A DNA stretch of 64,000 nucleotides, from NCBI RefSeq assembly GCF_009914755.1, contig NC_060925.1; one strand, given 5' to 3'. Below are positions 53,163 to 64,000 of the stretch, in pieces. Source of the DNA: the human T2T-CHM13v2.0 reference genome, Homo sapiens. Made by a program: the position numbers and the translations under genes. Positions within the stretch are counted from its first letter, which is position 1; every line of letters starts with the position of its first letter. The notes below the pieces were generated by a model. That model saw only the letters and a list, made by a program, of their open reading frames with translations, was not told the origin of the DNA and did not search any database.

Positions 53163-54703
53163 GGAGATTTCTTCTTTTTTAAAAATCTGCCCCTCTTGTC
53201 ACTGTTTCTTTTTATTGCTAAATAATATTCCATTGTCTGGTTGTACCACAGTTTGTTTACCCATTCACCCATAGAGGGACATCTTGGCTGTTTGCAGTTT
53301 TTTGGCAATTATGAAAAAAGCTACTCTAAACATTTATATGCATGTGTTTGTGTGAACATGTTTTAAATTCATTTGGGTGAATACCTAGGATTATATATAA
53401 TTGCTGCATCATATGGTAAGACTACGTTTAGTTTTGTAAGAAACTACCAAATTATCTTTACAGGTGGCTGCATCATTTTGCATTCCTTCCAGAAACGAAT
53501 ATGAGTTCCTGTTCCTTTGCATGTTTATCTCTATTTGGCATTGTCAAGTTTTTTAATTTAAGGAGGCCCAACTTATTTTTTTCTTCATGGATTGTGATTT
53601 TGATGTTATACCTTAAAACTCTTCACCAAACCCAAGTTCCCCTAGATTTTCTCCTATGTTATTTTGTAAGTTTCATAATTTTGTGTTTTGTGTCTAAGTC
53701 TGTGATGCATTTTGAATTAATTTTTGTAAAAAGTGTGAGGTCACTGTGTACATGCAGTTCTTTTTCGAGTAGACTTATAGTTCTTTCAGCATCTTTTGTT
53801 GAAAAGACTATCCTTTCTCTATTGAATTGCCTTTTTCCCTTTGTCCAAGATCAGTTAACTAGATTTGTGTGGTCTGTTTCTGGGCTCTTATGTTGTTCCG
53901 TTGATCTGTTTGCCTAGTTTTTCACCAATACCATACTCTCTTTATTACTATAGCTTTATGGTAAATCTTGAATTTGAGTAGTGTCAGTCTCTGATTCTTC
54001 TTCTTGAGTATTATGTTGGCTATTCTGAGTCTTTTATTTTTCTATGTAAGTTTTACAAGCAGTTTGTTAATATCTACAAGATAACTTGCTATTATTTTAA
54101 TTGGGATTGCATTTAATCTATAGATCAAGTTGAGGAAAATAGACATGTTAATGTAATTGAGTCTCCCTATTCATGAACATGGAATTTCCCACCATTTATT
54201 GAGGTCTTCTTTGATTTATTTCACTAGAGTTTCATTTTCCTCATATAGATCTTTTTCATATGTTAGTAGAAGCATATCTAAGTATTTATGTATTTATTTT
54301 TGGGGTGCTAACGTAGATGACTATATTAGCCCATTTTTGTGTCACTATAAAGAAATACCTCAGGCTGGGTAACTTACTAAGAAAAGAGATTTAATCAATT
54401 CACAGTTCTGCAGGCTGTACAAGTGTGGCTCCAGCATCTGCTTCTGGTGAGGGTCTCAGGAAGTTTACCACCATGGCAGAAGGTGAAAGGGGAGCAGGTG
54501 CTGTGACATGTTGAGAGAGGGAGCAAGAAAGAGAGAAGGGGGAGGTCCAAGACTCCTTTAAACAACCAGAACTCACATGGACTAACTGAGCAAGAACTTA
54601 TTTATCACCAAAAGGATAGTGCTAACCCATTCATGAGGGTTCCATCCCCATAATCAAATGACCTCCCATTAGGCCCCACCTCCAACATTGGGAATCACAT
54701 TTC

Positions 54704-59830
<5,127 letters not shown>

Positions 59831-60589
59831 GGGAATCACATTTCAAAATGAGATTTGGAGAGAAGAAACATCCAAACCATATCAATGATGTTGTATTTTT
59901 AATTTCAAATCAAATTATTCATTGCTGGTATATAGGAAGGTGATTGACTTTTGTATATTAATCTTGAATCTTATAACCTTGCTTTAATTACTTGTTAGTT
60001 CTCAAAGACTTTGGGACAATTGTTCAGAATTTCTACATACACAATTATGTCACCTTAAATCAAAGACAGTTTTATTTTTCCTTTCTGATCTGTATTTCTC
60101 TTATTTCCTTTTCTTGACTTATGGCATCAGCTAGAATTTCCAATATGATATTGAATGGGAGTTGTGAGAGGGGACATCCTTGCCCTCTTCCTCATCTCAT
60201 GGTACAGCATCTAGTGTCTCACCATTAAGTATGATGTTAGCTCTATAGTTTTTTTGTAGATGTTCATTATCAAGTTGAAGAAGTTCCCTTCTATTCTTAG
60301 TTTGCTGTGAGTTTTTATCATGATGGTTGTTGTCAAATGCTTTTCTTCTGCATCTATCGATATGATAGTATGTTGTTTTATTCTTTAATATGCTGATGTG
60401 AAGGATTCAATTAATTGATTTTCAAATGTTGAACCCTCCTAGCATACCTGGAATAAATCTCACTTGGTTATGATGTGTAATTCTTTTTATGTATTTTTGG
60501 GCTTGATTTGGTAATATTTTGTTGAGGATTTCTGCATCTATGTTACTAAGTGGATTTTTTTTTTAGTTTTCCTTTTTTGTAGTAACTAT

Positions 60590-63500
60590 CTGTTTTCATT
60601 TAAACTTCTATTTTAGGTTTGGGGGAACATATGAAGGTTTGTTACGTAGGTAAACTCATGTCACAGGGGTTTGTTTACATATTATTTCATCACCCAGCTA
60701 TTAAGCCCAGTACCCAATAGTTATCTTTTTTGCTCATCTCCCTCTTCCCACCCTCCACCCTCAAGTAGACCCAGTGTCTCTTGTTTCAGTCTTTGTGTTC
60801 ATAAATTATTATATTTAGCTCCCACCGATAAGTGAGAACATATGGTATTTGGTTTTCTGTTCTTGCATTAGTTTGCTAAGGATGATAGCCTCCAGCTCCA
60901 TCCATGTTCCCTCAAAAGACAATCTCATTCTTTTTTATGGCTGCATAGTATTCCGTGGTGTATATGTACCATATTTCGTTTAACCAATCATTTGTCATTG
61001 ACAGGCCTATAGATTTATTCCGTGTCTTTGCTATTGTGTATAGTGCTGCAGTGAACATTTGAGTGCATGTGTCTTTATGGTAGAATGATTTATATTCCTC
61101 TGGTTTTATACCCAGTAATGGGATTGCTAGGTCAAATGGTAGTTCTGCTTTTAGCTCTTTGAGGAATCACCATACTGCTTTCCACAATGATTGAACTAAT
61201 TTACATTCCCACCAACAGTGTATAAGCATTCCCTTTTCTCCACAACCTTGCCAGCATCTATTATTTTTGACTTTTTAATAATAGCCATGCTGACTGGCAT
61301 GAGATGTTATCTCATTGTGATTTTGATTTGCATTTCTCTAGTCATCAATGATATTCACCTTTTTTTATATGTTTATTGACCAGATGTATGTCTTCTGTTG
61401 AGAAGTCTCTGTTTATGTCCTTTGTCCACTTTTAAATGGGGGTTGTTTGTTTTTCTTTTGTAAATTTGTTTAAATTCCTTATAGATGTTGGATATTAGAC
61501 CTTTGTCAGATGCATAGTTTGCAAATATTTTCTCCCATTCTGTAGGTTGTCCATTTGTTCTGTTGATATTTTCTTTTGCTATGCAGAAGCTCTTAAGTTT
61601 AATTAGATCCCACTTGTCAATTTTTGCTTTTGATGTGATTGCTTTTGGTGTCTTAGTTGTAAAATCTTTGCCTTTTCCTATGTCCAGGATAGCATTGCCT
61701 AGGTTGTATTCTAGAGTTTTTATTGTTTTGGGTTTTACATTTAAATCTTTAATCCACCTTGAGTTGATTTTTGTATATGGTGTAAGGAAGGGGTCCAGCT
61801 TCAGTCTTCTGCATATGGCTAGCCAGTTATCCCAGCACCATTTATTGAATAGGGAGTCTTTTCCCCATTGCTTCTTTTTTTCAGCTTTGTCGAAGATCAG
61901 ATTGTTATAGATGTGTAGCCTTATTTCCTGGCTTTCTATTCTGTTCCATTGGTCTATGTGCCTGTTTTTGTATCAGTACCATGCTGTTTTGGTTACTGTA
62001 GCCTTGTAATATAGTTTGAAGTTGAGTAACATGATGCCTCCAGCTTTGTTCTTTTTGCTTAGGATTGCCTTGGCTACTCAGGGTCTTTTTTGGTTCCACA
62101 TGAATTTTAAAATAGTTTTTTCTAGTTCTGTGAAGAATGTCATTGGTAGTTTGATAGGAATAGCATTGAATCTGTAAATTGCTTTGGGCAGTATAACCAT
62201 TTTAATGATATCAATTCTTCCTATCCATGAGCATGGGATGTTTTTTCCATTTGTTTGTGTCTTCTCTGATTTCTTTGAGCAGTGTTTTGTAAACCTCATT
62301 ATAGATATCTTTCACCTCCCTGATTATCTGTATTCCTAGGTATTTTATTCTTTTTGTGGCACTTATGAATGGGATTGCCTTTCTGATTTGACTCTTGTTT
62401 TGGCTGTTGTTGATGTATAGAAATGCTAGTGATTTTTGTACATTGATTTTGTATCCTGCAAATTTGCTGAAGTTGTTTCTCAGCTGGAAGTGCTTTTGGG
62501 CTGAGACTCTGTGGTTTTCTAGATATAGAATAATGTTGTCTGCCAATAGAGACAGTTTGATTTCCCCTCGTTGTATTTGGATGCGCTTTTTTCTTTCTCC
62601 TGCCTGATTGCTCTGGCTAGGACTTCCAATACTATGTTGAGTGAAGTGGTAAGAGAGGGCATCCTTGTCCTGTGCCAGTTTTCAAGGGGAATGCTTCCAA
62701 CTTTTTCCCATTCAGTAAAATGTTAGCTGTGGGTTTGTCACAAATGGCTTTTATTGTTTTGAGGTATGTCCTTCAATGCCTAGTTTATTGAGAGTTTTTA
62801 ACATGAAGGGGTGTTGAATTTTATGTAAAGCCCTTTCTTCATCTGTTGAGGTAATCATGTGGTTTTTGTCTAGTTTTGTTTATGTGGTGAATCACATTTA
62901 GCAAATAAAAACAAGTCTGCTTATATTGAACCTACCTTGCATCCCGAGGATGAAGCCTACTTGATCATGCTAGATTAGCTTTTTGATGTGCTGCTGGATT
63001 CTGTTTGCAAGTATTTTGTTTGAATTATTGCACAGATGTTCATCAAGGATATTGACCTGAAGTTTTCTTTTTTTGTTGTGTCTCTGACAGGTTTTGGTAT
63101 CAAGATGATGCTGGCCTCATAGATTAAGTTGGGGAGGAGCCTCTCTCAATTTTTTGGAATGGTATCTGTAGGAATGGTACCAGTTTTTCTTTGTACATCT
63201 CATAGAATTTGACTGTGAATCCATCAGGTCCTGGGCTTTTTTTTGGTTGGTAGGCTATTTATTACTGATTCAATTTTGGAGCTTGCTGTTGGTCTGTTCG
63301 GAGAATCGATTTCTTCCTGACTGAGTATTAGAGGATGTATGTGTCCAGGAATTTATCTATTTCCTCTAGGTTTCCTAGTTTTTGTGCATAGAGGTGTTAG
63401 TAGTCGTTTCTGATGGTTGTTTTTATTTCTGTGGGTTAAGTAGTAACATTCCCTTTAGCATTTCTAATTGTGTTTATTTGGATCTTCTCTCTTTTCTTCT

Positions 63501-64000
63501 CTATTAGTCTAGTTAGAGGCCTGTCTTATTAATTTTTTCAAAAAATCAACTCCTGGATTCATTGTTCTTTTGAATGGTCTTTTGTGTCTCAATTTCCTTC
63601 AGTTAAGCTTTAATTTTTGATATTTCTCATCTTCTGCTAGCTTTGGGATTGATTTGTTCTTGCTTCTCTAATTATTTCAGTTGTAAATTCAGGTTGTTAA
63701 TTTGAGATCATTCCAACTTTTTGATGTAGGCATTAAGTGCTATGAATTTCCCTCTTAACGCAGGCTTGGCTGTGTCCCAGAGATTCTGGTGTGTTGTATC
63801 TGTGTTCTCATTATTTTCAAAGAACTTCTTGATTTCTGCCTTAGTTTTATTATTTACCCAAAAGTCATTCAGGAGTATGTTGTTTAATTTCCATGTAATT
63901 GCATGGTTTTTGAGTGATTTTTCATAGTCAACTTCTATTTTTATTGTAGTGTGGTTCAAGGTTGTGTTTAGTATTATTTCAGTTCTTTTTCATTTGTAGA
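60590..64000 (-). mobile_element. Older primate L1 (L1PA15/16-like), continuing beyond the window
   Basis: 3'UTR ggtttgttacgtaggtaaactcatgtcacagggg...ttaagcccagtacccaatag; frameshifted ORF2 peptides ([23 protein letters not shown]; [13 protein letters not shown]). Confidence 0.92.

Overview
This is AT-rich primate (very probably human) genomic DNA with no credible protein-coding exon. Its landmark is the miR-199a-2 (9254-9363) / miR-214 (3517-3626) cluster on the minus strand, with the mirror miRNA miR-3120 on the plus strand of the miR-214 hairpin. This identifies the locus as DNM3OS, lying antisense inside a large intron of dynamin-3 (DNM3, + strand, 1q24). A compact candidate promoter at about 9480-9770 carries a perfect CArG box, a TWIST-type E-box, a CREB3/UPRE/HRE element and an ETS site. 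The first ~11.5 kb is nearly free of recognisable transposons. The rest holds MIR, L2, CR1, Alu, MER1A, MER2, MER44, Tigger3, MLT1 and MST LTRs and L1 copies. These include a four-level nest at 53-60.6 kb (old L1M > MST LTR > L1PA4/5-like > L1PA2-like with a 17-bp terminal inversion) and a CCA-ending tRNA-Glu(TTC) pseudogene. All long ORFs in the track are L1 remnants or chance ORFs. The core system is already described; the candidate novelties are regulatory and structural details. miRNA and repeat identities come from recalled reference sequences, not a database search, so subfamily names and the edges of old repeats are approximate.
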